Of a stretch of DNA of 64,000 bases, positions 47,189-57,058 are shown in pieces. The position numbers were made by a program, and so were the translations under genes. Source of the DNA: Candidatus Sericytochromatia bacterium (GTDB lineage: Bacteria > Cyanobacteriota > Sericytochromatia > S15B-MN24 > UBA4093); the NCBI GenBank assembly GCA_036676985.1, contig JAKFBU010000014.1, positions 1 to 64,000 of the forward strand, given 5' to 3'. The notes beneath the pieces are model-generated. The model was not told the origin of the DNA. It worked only from the letters and a program-made list of their open reading frames with translations, and searched no databases. How positions within the stretch are numbered: position 1 is the stretch's first letter; each line of letters starts with the position of its first letter.

Positions 47189-48262
47189 CTAGAGTTTCGG
47201 CAGATTGATCAGGCTCCCCACCGTCAAGGAGGGCTGCTGGGGCCGCGCGGGCGGCACGACCGCGTCCGTCGTAAAGCCCTCTCCATGCGGCTCGGGCTCT
47301 CCGAGCTCCTCGGGGGGCCGGCCGGAGACGGGCACCTGGTGCCCGATGGGACCCGGGCCGCCGTAGGGCGCGTAGCCCGGAGCCGCATGGCCCGGCGTGG
47401 TCATGAGGTCCCGCAGGAGCTTCATCTGCCCTTCCTGGTACTGGGCATGACCCGCGATGTTCTGGAAGAGCGCCCGGACCTCCGGGGGGATCGGGCAGCC
47501 CAGGCGGCGATCGTAGCTGGCCTTGTCCGACTGCTCGATCTCGATGCCCTGGGCGACGCGCTCGGCGAGGCTGCCCTCGACCGGCCGCGGGTTCCAGAGG
47601 AAGCTCGGATCCGCGTTCTCCTCGTTGAGGTGGTCGGCCAGGAGGCTCATGTGCTTCATGCGCCAGTAGGCGTTCTCGAAGAGGAAGTCCTTGGCCTCCC
47701 AGTCCTGCGCCTGGAAGAAGTGGCGCAGGTAGACCAGCAGATGGTTGTACTCCTCCTCGAAGGCCCCCTGGAGGAGCTCGACGAGGGCCGGGTCGGTAGG
47801 CGTGCCCTGCTTGGGGTAGCTGATCCGCTCTGCGACCATCTCGCGGACCTCGGCCTCGAAATCCGAGAACTGCCCCTTGTGGAACAGCTCGTCCATGATG
47901 ACCCGCTCGAGGATGCGCTGGGCACCCGGGTGATCGATGCGCTCGAGCTGCGAGCTGTAGTCGCGGACGGCCTCGTCCTCGGCCTCCACCCCGAGCCGCA
48001 TCATCTCGACCACCGAGTCGGCCTTGACGAGCACGTTGGGGCGCTCGAGCGTGACCGTGCCGCCCAGCTCCGCGATGAGGCCCGCAAAGTACTTCATGTG
48101 CCGCATCTCGGTCCGGGCGATGTTGATGATCTCCGCGCCCACCCCCGCCTCGCCGATGGCGTAGGCATGCGTCAGGTACTGGAAGATCGCCCCGTGCTCG
48201 AGGGCCACGTTGTGGTTGAAGAGGGCGATGATCTGCTCGGGATCTCGGACTTTACCTTCCAT
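47189..48262 (-). CDS. Tandem ferritin-like domain protein with C-terminal LTVGSL peptide
   Basis: EHGAIFQY, EMRH, DELFH; second degenerate four-helix domain; Pro-rich tail ending SLTVGSLINLPKL. Confidence 0.8.
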   Translation of the reverse strand: MEGKVRDPEQIIALFNHNVALEHGAIFQYLTHAYAIGEAGVGAEIINIARTEMRHMKYFAGLIAELGGTVTLERPNVLVKADSVVEMMRLGVEAEDEAVRDYSSQLERIDHPGAQRILERVIMDELFHKGQFSDFEAEVREMVAERISYPKQGTPTDPALVELLQGAFEEEYNHLLVYLRHFFQAQDWEAKDFLFENAYWRMKHMSLLADHLNEENADPSFLWNPRPVEGSLAERVAQGIEIEQSDKASYDRRLGCPIPPEVRALFQNIAGHAQYQEGQMKLLRDLMTTPGHAAPGYAPYGGPGPIGHQVPVSGRPPEELGEPEPHGEGFTTDAVVPPARPQQPSLTVGSLINLPKL

Positions 48263-48402
48263 GGCGACTCCTTCGACGAGGGAACGGCGGACATGGGCGA
48301 CCAAGCAAGCGTACCCCCAGTGTATCGCCATGTAAAGACGCGGGCGGGCATACCCCCCTGCCGAAGGGTCTGCTAGGATGGGATGCACCGTAGAGAAGGG
48401 AG

Positions 48403-49704
48403 ATGGCGATGGAGATGAGGTTTACCACCACCGAGGCGGATGGCCTGCGCATCCATGTGATGCCGACCGACAAGTTCAAGACCACCTCGGTCGTGCTGAA
48501 CGTCCTCTCGCCCCTCAAGGCCGAGACCGTCACGCTCAACGCCCTGGTGCCGGCCGTGCTGCAGCGCGGGACTCGCGCCCTGCCGAGCGTCAAGGCCTTG
48601 ACCGAGCGGCTCGACGACCTGTACGGCGCCTCTCTGGACAGCGTCATGTTCAAGGTCGGCGATCGCCAGGTCGCCCAGTTCGAGCTCGAGGTCCCCAACG
48701 AGCAGTACCTCGCCCACGCGCCGGCGCTCCTGGAAGAAGGCATCCAGCTCTTGGCGGACGTGCTGCTCGACCCGGTCCTGGACAACGGGACCTTTCGCGG
48801 CTCGTTCGTGGAACTCGAGAAGGAGGCCCTCCGCAAGCGCGTCGAGAGCCTCTTCAACAACAAGGCGCGCTACGCCTCCATGCGCTGCATCGAGGCCATG
48901 TGCCCCGACGAGGACTTCCGCCTCTTCTCCTACGGTCGCATCGAGGACCTTCCGGCCATCGACGCCAAGCGCCTCACGGACCACTACCGCGAGTGGCTCG
49001 CCACCAGCCCCATGGAGGCCTACGTGATCGGCGACGTGGACCCGGAGCGGGTGACGGCCCTGTTGCGCGATCGCCTCAAGCTCGGCGAGCGCCGCCTGGC
49101 CATCGTGCCCTCCACCGTCATCAAGCCCAAGGCGGAGGGCGGCCCCAAGGAGGTCGTCGATCGCTTCGAGGTCAACCAGGGCCAGCTCGTCATGGGCTTC
49201 CGGACGCCCGTGACCTTCTCGTCGGCGGACTACGCGCGCATGGTGGTCTACAACGGCGTGCTCGGGGCCTACGCCCACTCCAAGCTGTTCGTGAACGTGC
49301 GCGAGAAGGCGAGCCTCGCTTATTCCGCCTACTCGCGCTACGAGTCGCACAAGGGCCTCATGATGATCCAGGCGGGCATCAACATCGAGAACTACGAGCA
49401 GGCCGTGGCCATCATCCACGAGCAGCTGGAGGCGATCGCGCGCGGCGAGGTCTGCGAGGAGGAGCTCGTCCAGACCAAGGAGATGCTCAAGAACGACTAC
49501 CGCGAGATGGCCGACTCGCCCGGGGCCATGGCGCACTTCGCCTACGTCCAGGGCATCGAGCACGCGGATCGCCCGGTCGAGCAGGTGCTCGCCGAGATCG
49601 AGCGGGTCGGCCTCGACGACCTCAAGGCCATGGCGGCCCTCATCTCGCTCGACACGGTGTACTTCCTGAGGGACAAGGAGACGGTGGAGGCGACCCATGC
49701 TTAA
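48403..49704 (+). CDS. M16 peptidase-like subunit (YmfF-like, no HxxEH)
   Basis: TDKFKT, LDDLYGA, SKLFVNVREKASLAY. Confidence 0.85.
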   Translation: MAMEMRFTTTEADGLRIHVMPTDKFKTTSVVLNVLSPLKAETVTLNALVPAVLQRGTRALPSVKALTERLDDLYGASLDSVMFKVGDRQVAQFELEVPNEQYLAHAPALLEEGIQLLADVLLDPVLDNGTFRGSFVELEKEALRKRVESLFNNKARYASMRCIEAMCPDEDFRLFSYGRIEDLPAIDAKRLTDHYREWLATSPMEAYVIGDVDPERVTALLRDRLKLGERRLAIVPSTVIKPKAEGGPKEVVDRFEVNQGQLVMGFRTPVTFSSADYARMVVYNGVLGAYAHSKLFVNVREKASLAYSAYSRYESHKGLMMIQAGINIENYEQAVAIIHEQLEAIARGEVCEEELVQTKEMLKNDYREMADSPGAMAHFAYVQGIEHADRPVEQVLAEIERVGLDDLKAMAALISLDTVYFLRDKETVEATHA

Positions 49705-51001
49705 GACGACTTACGACACCCTCAAGGAGACGACCTACTTCGAGGTCCTGCCCAACGGGCTCACGGTCTACCTGGTGCCCAAGCCGGGATACGCCAAGAC
49801 CTACGCCATGTTCTCCACCCGCTACGGCTCCATCGACAACCACTTCAACATCGAGGGCCAGGATCGGATCAAGGTGGTGGACGGCATCGCCCACTTCCTC
49901 GAGCACAAGCTCTTCGAGGAGCCCGAAGGGGACGTGTTCATGACGTTCGCGACCCAGGGGGCCTCGGCGAACGCCTTCACGAGCCACACCCGCACGAGCT
50001 ACCTCTTCTCGGCCACCGGCGAGGTGGAGAAGAACCTCACGACCCTCCTGAACTTCGTGCAGCGCCCCTACCTCACCGACGCCAACGTCGAGAAGGAGAA
50101 GGGGATCATCGAGCAGGAGATCCGGATGTACGACGACCAGGCCTTCTGGCGTGGTTACCGGCAGCTGCTCGAGAACCTCTTCCACCGCCACCCCGTGCGC
50201 ATCGATATCGCGGGCACCATCGACTCGATCTACCAGATCAATGTCGACAGCTTGATGAAGTGCTATCGGACGTTTTATCATCCTACAAACATGGTGCTCG
50301 TGGTGGTCGGAGACTTCGATGCCGAGCGGATCATGCAGCTGGTGCGTGACAATCAGGCGGCCAAGGACTTCGGCTCCCAGGCGGCCATTGAGCGGCACTT
50401 CGAGGCGGAGCCCGCGACCATCGCGAACCGGCGCAGCGAACTGCGGCTCTCGGTCGCCAAGCCCCTGTGCATGCTCGGCTTCAAGGAGCGCGAGGTGGGC
50501 TTGCGCGGCCACGACCTGATCCGCCGGGACCTGACGACCCGCATCGTGATGGACACGGTGTTCGGCAAGAGCTCGGATCTCTATCAGGAGCTGGACGATG
50601 CGGGGCTCATCGATGCGAGCTTCGGCTACGACTACGAGTCGAACCCGGGCTACAGCTTCGCGTACGTCGGTGGCGAGACGGAGGCCCCCGATCAGCTCAT
50701 CGACCGGATCCGGGACGGCATCGAGCGCATCAAGCGCCAGGGCATCTCGGAGGCGGCGTTCAACCGGGCGCGCAACCGAAAGGTCGGGGAGTTCCTGAGG
50801 GTCTTCAACTCGCCCGAGCATCTGTCGTACGAGTTCACGCAGTACCTCTTCGAAGAGGCGGACCTGTTCCAGGTGCCGACGCTCATGGAGGGCATCTCGG
50901 CGGCCGACGGCCAGCTGCGCTTCGCGGAGCTGTTCGACCCCGAGGTGATGACGGTATCCTTGGTGACGCCGGTCGAAGCCAAGGAGACGGCGGCGGTTTA
51001 G
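49697..51001 (+). CDS. M16 zinc peptidase (YmfH-like)
   Basis: GIAHFLEHKLFE, NAFTS, EKGIIEQEI. Confidence 0.9.
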   Translation: MLKTTYDTLKETTYFEVLPNGLTVYLVPKPGYAKTYAMFSTRYGSIDNHFNIEGQDRIKVVDGIAHFLEHKLFEEPEGDVFMTFATQGASANAFTSHTRTSYLFSATGEVEKNLTTLLNFVQRPYLTDANVEKEKGIIEQEIRMYDDQAFWRGYRQLLENLFHRHPVRIDIAGTIDSIYQINVDSLMKCYRTFYHPTNMVLVVVGDFDAERIMQLVRDNQAAKDFGSQAAIERHFEAEPATIANRRSELRLSVAKPLCMLGFKEREVGLRGHDLIRRDLTTRIVMDTVFGKSSDLYQELDDAGLIDASFGYDYESNPGYSFAYVGGETEAPDQLIDRIRDGIERIKRQGISEAAFNRARNRKVGEFLRVFNSPEHLSYEFTQYLFEEADLFQVPTLMEGISAADGQLRFAELFDPEVMTVSLVTPVEAKETAAV

Positions 51002-51018
51002 CGGCCGTATTCCCTACG

Positions 51019-51158
51019 GATCTACCCCCCCACCCCCCCTGCTAGGGGGGGATTTTTGCCCCCTGGCGGGGGCAGATTCGTCAGGGGCATCTTCTAATTA
51101 TCCTGCACAGCAGGACTCCCTGTGCCCCCCCTAGCAGGGGGGGATGGGGGGTAGATCA
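51019..51158. repeat. Inverted pair of C/G-run REP-like elements
   Basis: GATCTAC(C)nA(C)nTGCTAG(G)n ... (C)nTAGCA(G)nAT(G)nTAGATC; related to 63434-63582. Confidence 0.7.
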
Positions 51159-51176
51159 GTAGGGATAAAGGTAGTA

Positions 51177-52472
51177 TCAGCTCACCAGCACCTGATGCGC
51201 CAGGTACTCGTTGATCCCCACGAACACCTTGATCTCGGCCGGATGTAGGTCGTAGATCAGGGTGTCCGGCACGCCCGCCATCTTGTGACCCAGCGACACG
51301 TCCACCAGGTCGGCCACGCCGAGCTCGTCCGCGAGCTTGGGCAGGTGGGCCCGGTGCCAGTGGTGGCGATCGGCGTTCAGGAGCAGGAGCGCCTTGTGGC
51401 GCTTGTCGAAGGACTGCTTGATCAGGGCCACGACGAACGGATTCTCGGTCGCCACGGGCACCAGGTCCCCGTCCATCCCGAAGATGGGATACTCGGCCTT
51501 CAAGCGGTTGACCTCGCGAATGTAGTCCGTGAGGTCGAAGTACGGCTGCTCCCAGGCCTCGGGCGTCGTCTTGACCACGTCGATGGGCGTGCAGAAGCCG
51601 AACTCGAAGCCGATGGGCATCATGACTCCCGCCGAGAGCAGGGCCTCGAAGGCATAGCGCTGGCGCACGGCCGCCACGTCGCAGGCCACCTCGGCGGCGA
51701 CGCGCGGGGTGTCGTGGCTCTCGGGGAAGGCTACCGACGGCGCGCAGCCCACCCACTTGCGGTAGTCCTTGAGGAACCAGCCCGCCTGATAGTCCCACCA
51801 CTTGCTGGAGTTGAAGACGACGTCGAAGCCGACCTCCGCGAGGGCCACGATGTCCCGGGCCGGGCACCCCAGCGTCTCGCCGAAGAAGACGGTCTCGGGA
51901 TAGCGCTCGCGGACGGCGGGCAGGAGGTACTGCCAGACCGCCAGGGGCACGTGGTAGGCCGCGTCGCAGCGGAAGCCGTCCACCCCGAGGCTCAGGTAGT
52001 GGCTCATCATCTCGAGCCAGTAGGCCCAGAGGGCGTCGTGGTGGGGGCCCAGATGGTCGATCTGGGCGAGGTCGCCCCAGGAGACCCATTCCCCGTTGTC
52101 CAGGCAGCCCGGGTGCTTGATGCTGCCGTCCGGCTCGTGCTCGTACCACTCGGGATGCTGCGTGACCAACTCGGCATCGAAGGCCGTGTGGTTGATGACC
52201 AGATCCATCATCACCTTGAGGCCACGGGCGTGAGCCTCGCGCAGGAAGTGCGACAACTGCACGTCGCCCGGGTCGGGTCCCTCCAGGTAGAGGTCCGCGT
52301 AGCGGTAGTAGTCCTTGACGGAGTACATGCTGCCCGAGTAGCCCGGGTAGTGCCAGGGGTTCACGTAGACCCAGTCGAAGCCCATGTCCCGGATGCGATC
52401 CAGGTGGTCGACCCAGCGGGCCATGCTGCCGACGAGCTTGGGGAAGAGGTTGTAGATGCGTGGGCTGGTCAT
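51177..52472 (-). CDS. Alpha-amylase (GH13) family glycosyl hydrolase
   Basis: MDLVINHT, DGFRCDAA, FFGETL, ESHDT. Confidence 0.9.
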   Translation of the reverse strand: MTSPRIYNLFPKLVGSMARWVDHLDRIRDMGFDWVYVNPWHYPGYSGSMYSVKDYYRYADLYLEGPDPGDVQLSHFLREAHARGLKVMMDLVINHTAFDAELVTQHPEWYEHEPDGSIKHPGCLDNGEWVSWGDLAQIDHLGPHHDALWAYWLEMMSHYLSLGVDGFRCDAAYHVPLAVWQYLLPAVRERYPETVFFGETLGCPARDIVALAEVGFDVVFNSSKWWDYQAGWFLKDYRKWVGCAPSVAFPESHDTPRVAAEVACDVAAVRQRYAFEALLSAGVMMPIGFEFGFCTPIDVVKTTPEAWEQPYFDLTDYIREVNRLKAEYPIFGMDGDLVPVATENPFVVALIKQSFDKRHKALLLLNADRHHWHRAHLPKLADELGVADLVDVSLGHKMAGVPDTLIYDLHPAEIKVFVGINEYLAHQVLVS

Positions 52473-52495
52473 GGCGCCATTATAGCGCCTGAGCG

Positions 52496-54097
52496 CTAGA
52501 ACTGCCTGAGGGTCCAGGGGCGGTCGGCGGGCAGCGGATCCGCCGGCTGGTGCTTGCCGAGCCGCATGGCGACCTCGCCATGCTCGGCGGCCACCTCGGC
52601 GCGTAGGCCGACGAAGGGGCCCATGCCGACGCCGATCCAGCCGCCGACGGCGAAGCGATCGCCGTGGCTGGACAAGAGGCGCGAGAGCTGGAAGGCGTCC
52701 TTGTCCTTGAAGAGCTTGGCGAGCTCGTCGTCCACCATCTGCGGGTCCAGCTGCTGCAGGCGCTTGAGGGCCTCGGGCTTGAGGGAGTAGGTTGCGACCA
52801 GCGGAGCTTCCTTGCGGTTGGCGGGCAGGAGCGGCGAGATCTTGCGGTCGAGCTGCTTCTCGTGCGCCTTCTGCTGCTTGATGCCGTCGCCGATCTCCAT
52901 GCGGACCGAGTAGTCGACGCCCTGGAGGCCGTTGGGACCGACGGTCACGGCGTAGCGGTGGCCCTTGCCGACGAGCTGGTCGCCCACCAGGCCGTAGGCG
53001 CCGCCGTGGAAGAGGAGGTTGCGATCGCTGTTCAGGGCGAAGGTCGTCTTGAGGTACTTGCCCCGGTCGAAGTCGAGCGTGCGCTCGATGCCCACGTCGA
53101 AGGCGGTGCTGACGCCCACGTGCGGCGTGAGGATCGAGTTGAAGAAGTCCAGGCCGGCCCCCGCCAGCTGCTGCCACTTCTCGACGTTGGTCGGGACCTG
53201 GCGGGCCGAGAGGTCGCCCTTCCAGTTGAAGCCGACGCCGTTCGAATGGCCGCTAAAGCCCATGGCGCCGTCCCGGCTGAAGGACAGGCCGCCCCAGACG
53301 TTGACGCTGCCGCCGACGCGTATGCCCTGGAAGAAGGAGGCCTGCGTCAGGTGGGTGCGGGCGAAGTCGCTCTTGAGCACGGGCGCCTCGACGGGGACCT
53401 TGGGGGTCTGGACCTTGCCCGTGAAGACCTGCTTGAGGGAGCTGAGGAAGGTCCCGCCTCCCAGAGCCCCCTTGACCGCGGTGCGGTCCTTGTAGAGCTG
53501 GGTCTTGAGCTGGGTGGCGAGGCGGGTCATCTCCTGGCCGTTGCGGGGGTTGAACTCGTAGACCAGGGTAGCGCGCTCGATGGCGTTGGTGTGGATGCCG
53601 GCCTGGGCCATGGCGCCCCCCTTGAGGGCCACCGGACCCGCCGTGAAGCCGCCGGAGAGGCCGATGCGCAGCTGGGCGGCGATGCCCGGGTCGATCTCGG
53701 TCGCGTAGACCAACTCCAGGACGCCTTTGGGGGTGCGACGCAGGGTGGCCTCGGTGGCGCCGTTGGCGAGCAGGGTCAGGCCGGGGACCGGCGTGGGCAG
53801 GTAGACGCCCGCCTTGATGGACAGGCCCACGGCCTCGCGCTTCTTGCCGTCCAGGCGCTTGCTGATGGAGGTGAGCCACTCGGGCCCCACGTCGCGCAGG
53901 TTCTCCTCGAGCGGCGAGCGGGTGATGAAGTCGGTCCAGCCGGAGCCGAGCACCAGCTTGAGGAGGGGGCGGCTCTTGGTGAGGGCCTTGGAGGTCTCCT
54001 GCTGGACCTCGCGCTGGACGGTCGACGCGCCGCGTCGGGCCGCCTTGACGGCTGCCTGACGCTCGATCTGTCGTCCGATGCCCGATCCGATGCTCAC
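52496..54097 (-). CDS. Hypothetical Gly-rich protein, 533 aa
   Basis: SD AGGAGG before GTG; host-like codon usage; no family recognised. Confidence 0.65.
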   Translation of the reverse strand: MSIGSGIGRQIERQAAVKAARRGASTVQREVQQETSKALTKSRPLLKLVLGSGWTDFITRSPLEENLRDVGPEWLTSISKRLDGKKREAVGLSIKAGVYLPTPVPGLTLLANGATEATLRRTPKGVLELVYATEIDPGIAAQLRIGLSGGFTAGPVALKGGAMAQAGIHTNAIERATLVYEFNPRNGQEMTRLATQLKTQLYKDRTAVKGALGGGTFLSSLKQVFTGKVQTPKVPVEAPVLKSDFARTHLTQASFFQGIRVGGSVNVWGGLSFSRDGAMGFSGHSNGVGFNWKGDLSARQVPTNVEKWQQLAGAGLDFFNSILTPHVGVSTAFDVGIERTLDFDRGKYLKTTFALNSDRNLLFHGGAYGLVGDQLVGKGHRYAVTVGPNGLQGVDYSVRMEIGDGIKQQKAHEKQLDRKISPLLPANRKEAPLVATYSLKPEALKRLQQLDPQMVDDELAKLFKDKDAFQLSRLLSSHGDRFAVGGWIGVGMGPFVGLRAEVAAEHGEVAMRLGKHQPADPLPADRPWTLRQF

Positions 54098-54226
54098 CCG
54101 TGCCTCCTGGTGCTTGAACAGCTTCTTAACGGGTTATCGGGCACCGGGGGCGAGAGATTCTTAGCTTCGGGTTATGGGGCGGTAAATTGTTGGCGGTATT
54201 GAGGCCTTCAGCCGGATGACACCACT

Positions 54227-54363
54227 CTGGACCCCCGCTTTCGCGAGGGTGACGTGAGCGCCGACATTCGTGTGGTAATAAGCGTAGCCCGAGGCATTGC
54301 CTTGAAGTTGTACTTCAGGCCCGAATGACCGCTCCCGTCACCCTCGCGAAAGCGGGGGTCCAG
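54227..54363. repeat. Inverted pair of REP-like elements (GTCACCCTCGCGAAAGCGGGGGTCCAG)
   Basis: 28-bp perfect inverted repeat with internal hairpins. Confidence 0.75.
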
Positions 54364-54398
54364 GTTCGGTCATCGTTGGAAAGTCGATCAGATGGTGA

Positions 54399-55511
54399 TT
54401 AGCGGTACACGCTGATGCCCACGTTCCAGCTCTTGTAGGCCATGTACCGCTCGAGCTCGGACAGCGACACGGTGATGTTGCCCGTGCGCGAGAGCGGATC
54501 GTTGAGATAGGCCTGGGTGGACGTGAGCTTGGTGACCAGCACGAAGTGCCCGCCGTCGAAGCCCGAGTACTGGCTGGTCGTGAAGCGGTGGTTGTAAGCG
54601 ACGGGGTTGCCCGCGAGGATGACGAGTCGGCCGTCCTGAAGGGCCTCGCGCACGCCGTCGAGGCCGTAGGTGCGATCGTAGAAGACGCCGCAGGCCGAGG
54701 CCCCGCGCTCGAGGTCCTCGAGACTGGAGAGCTGGAAGTCGTCCTCGGTGCCCATCATCGCGCGACGCGTCTTACGGACCAAAGCCTGGGGATCGCCAAA
54801 GCCGCTCAGGAGCGGCGGCAGGATGTTGTAGGCCTTGAGGACCATCGCGAGGCTCGCCGGACCGCAGTTCTGCGACCAGTTCGGCGCGCCGGGGTTCCAT
54901 TTGGCGTCGTACATCTGGGAGATGAAGAACTGGTTGGGATCGGACGGAATCGGCTGCCACGGTTGGGGCGCCGGCTCCAGGTCCGGCGTCTCGTAGCCGG
55001 GGTCATTCCACTGGGGATAGTCGTCGTCGTCCTCGCTCGCCGGCAGGACGAAGACCGACGCCGAGCGGGAGCGGCCGCTGCGGATCAGGGCGGACGTGTA
55101 GCCCTGACCGACCAGCATGCCGAACGAGTCGTAGACCTTGACGATGACCTCGGCGTCGCCCTCCGGCACGTCCTCGAAGTCGAGGTCCACCTTGCCCTGG
55201 GAGGTCCAGGTGCTGTACTTCGAGACCAAAAGGTCGTCACGCACGACGAAGACGCTGATGCGGCGATCCTCGTCATCCAGGGAGCTCGTGCGCAGAAGGG
55301 GGACGCGGATGCCCAGGCGCAGGGTCCCCGTGTCCAAGTAGTCCCACGCGGAGGGGGCGGTCATCGAGGCAGGAGCCGTCGCCTGGCTGAGCGGCAGCAC
55401 CGTACAGGCCTGCAGGCTCAGTGCCGAGGCGATGACCAGGGAGTGTAAGAGGCTTTTACGGCTCCAGAGCGACAAATCGGGCCCCTTTCCCCGAACGGCG
55501 TACGATCGCAC
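54399..55511 (-). CDS. Lipoprotein with C39-like peptidase domain
   Basis: Lipobox LQAC; NCGPASLAM, GHFVLV, YLNDP; start uncertain. Confidence 0.75.
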   Translation of the reverse strand: MRSYAVRGKGPDLSLWSRKSLLHSLVIASALSLQACTVLPLSQATAPASMTAPSAWDYLDTGTLRLGIRVPLLRTSSLDDEDRRISVFVVRDDLLVSKYSTWTSQGKVDLDFEDVPEGDAEVIVKVYDSFGMLVGQGYTSALIRSGRSRSASVFVLPASEDDDDYPQWNDPGYETPDLEPAPQPWQPIPSDPNQFFISQMYDAKWNPGAPNWSQNCGPASLAMVLKAYNILPPLLSGFGDPQALVRKTRRAMMGTEDDFQLSSLEDLERGASACGVFYDRTYGLDGVREALQDGRLVILAGNPVAYNHRFTTSQYSGFDGGHFVLVTKLTSTQAYLNDPLSRTGNITVSLSELERYMAYKSWNVGISVYR

Positions 55512-55882
55512 GCCCCTTTCATCCTAATGGGAGGCAGCCAAGCATGACAACAGAATCGGCGCGTCGAAGTATGAAAAGTTTGTTAAGTCTTGGTGAGGTC
55601 AGTCAAAAATGTGTCCGATCTTAATACGATCAGGCATTCGATGGTAGAGGAAGGGGACGGCCAGTGGGCAGGGCAACCCCGAGCACAGCAGCGCCGGGAG
55701 CCTCATCAGCAACAATACCGCGGGTTTCACCCGCCCTTGGCGGCAGTTCTGGGGGCAGGCCTTCATCCGGCCCGGCAACTGCCCGGCCGGAGCCCTGCAA
55801 GAGGCGCGATTGCTGGTAGAACCGGGCTGCGTGGGGTAGAATGCAAGCATCATTTGGTCATCAACACTACAAGGAAGGCGCC

Positions 55883-57058
55883 ATGCAGCGTTCCATTCCG
55901 CTCGAAGACGGCCGCGAAGCGCAGGTGCGCCGCGCCACCGTCGAGGACAGCCAGGCCATCTTCGACCTCTACGACGAGGTCTACCAGGGCGCCTACACCC
56001 TCGACATCGTCAACAAGGACGAACACCGCGATCGCGCCCTCGCCGATCCCAACTGCTACTGGCTCATCAACCTCTGCGACGGCAAGGTGGTCGGATCGGT
56101 CATCTTCGAGGTGGACGACGTCCATCGCGCCGGCAAGGTGTTCGCGGCGGTGGTCCACCCCGACTTCCGGCGCCACGAGCTCATGTACGTCACGATCTCG
56201 CAGGGCATCGACTCGCTGATGAACCGCGATCGCCTGGTGGACGTGATCTACGCGACCACCCGCACGGCGAGCATCGGCCCGAGCAAGCTCCTCAAGAAGC
56301 TGGGCTTCGTGAGCCTGGGCATCTTCCCGAACGTCCATCGCCTGGCAGAGTACGAGACCCACGGGCTTTCCGCTATCTTCCATCCCGACGCCTTCGGGAA
56401 GCGGCGCCGGCTGCCCCGCCTCATCCCCGAGGTGGAGGGCTTCTACCGGATCATCCGGCACACCTTCCACCTGGAGCCGGCCGAGATCTTCCCGTTGCTC
56501 GACGTGCCGCGCCTGCGCATCGTGCGCGGAGAGGCGGTCCTGAAGGCCTACCAGGAAGCCAAGGAGAGCAAGGAGCTGCTCTTCGACTTCTTCCCCTTCC
56601 ACGAGCCCAACTTCCTCTTCCAGACCGAGGACGGCGCCATCAAGGCCTTCATCAACTACGAGGGCAAGGACGGCCACGGCGTGGTCGTGGGCCTCAAGGC
56701 TTCTCTCTTGGACCTCAAGAACGCCCTCAAGGCCACCTTCCAGTCGGCCCAGAAGGTTGGCGTGGACTACCTCGAGATCCTGGTCGACGCCTACGAGCCC
56801 GACATGCAGCGGGCGGCCCTGTGGGCCCAGTTCCTGCCCTGCGCCTACTTCCCCAGTATGGAGGAGCAGGAGGACGGCACCCGTCGCGACTACCTGGTCT
56901 TCGCGCGCAGCACGCTGCCCCTCAACTTCTCGAACGTGCAGATGACGCCGCGCGATCGCCAGTTCCTCGACGTCTACCTCCAGAACACCGAGTACCGGAA
57001 CCTGGTGGTCCAGATGCACTTCGCGGACCCCCTGGACGAAGACGAGGCCCTGGTGTGA
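55883..57058 (+). CDS. GNAT-fold acyltransferase, probably with additional degenerate GNAT domain(s)
   Basis: VRRATVED, AVVHPDFRRH, KLGFVSLGIFPN. Confidence 0.7.
   Translation: MQRSIPLEDGREAQVRRATVEDSQAIFDLYDEVYQGAYTLDIVNKDEHRDRALADPNCYWLINLCDGKVVGSVIFEVDDVHRAGKVFAAVVHPDFRRHELMYVTISQGIDSLMNRDRLVDVIYATTRTASIGPSKLLKKLGFVSLGIFPNVHRLAEYETHGLSAIFHPDAFGKRRRLPRLIPEVEGFYRIIRHTFHLEPAEIFPLLDVPRLRIVRGEAVLKAYQEAKESKELLFDFFPFHEPNFLFQTEDGAIKAFINYEGKDGHGVVVGLKASLLDLKNALKATFQSAQKVGVDYLEILVDAYEPDMQRAALWAQFLPCAYFPSMEEQEDGTRRDYLVFARSTLPLNFSNVQMTPRDRQFLDVYLQNTEYRNLVVQMHFADPLDEDEALV

Noticed and set aside
55520-55880. Riboswitch upstream of the lux-like cluster
   Set aside because: Some GC hairpins are present but no aptamer consensus or terminator that I can identify.
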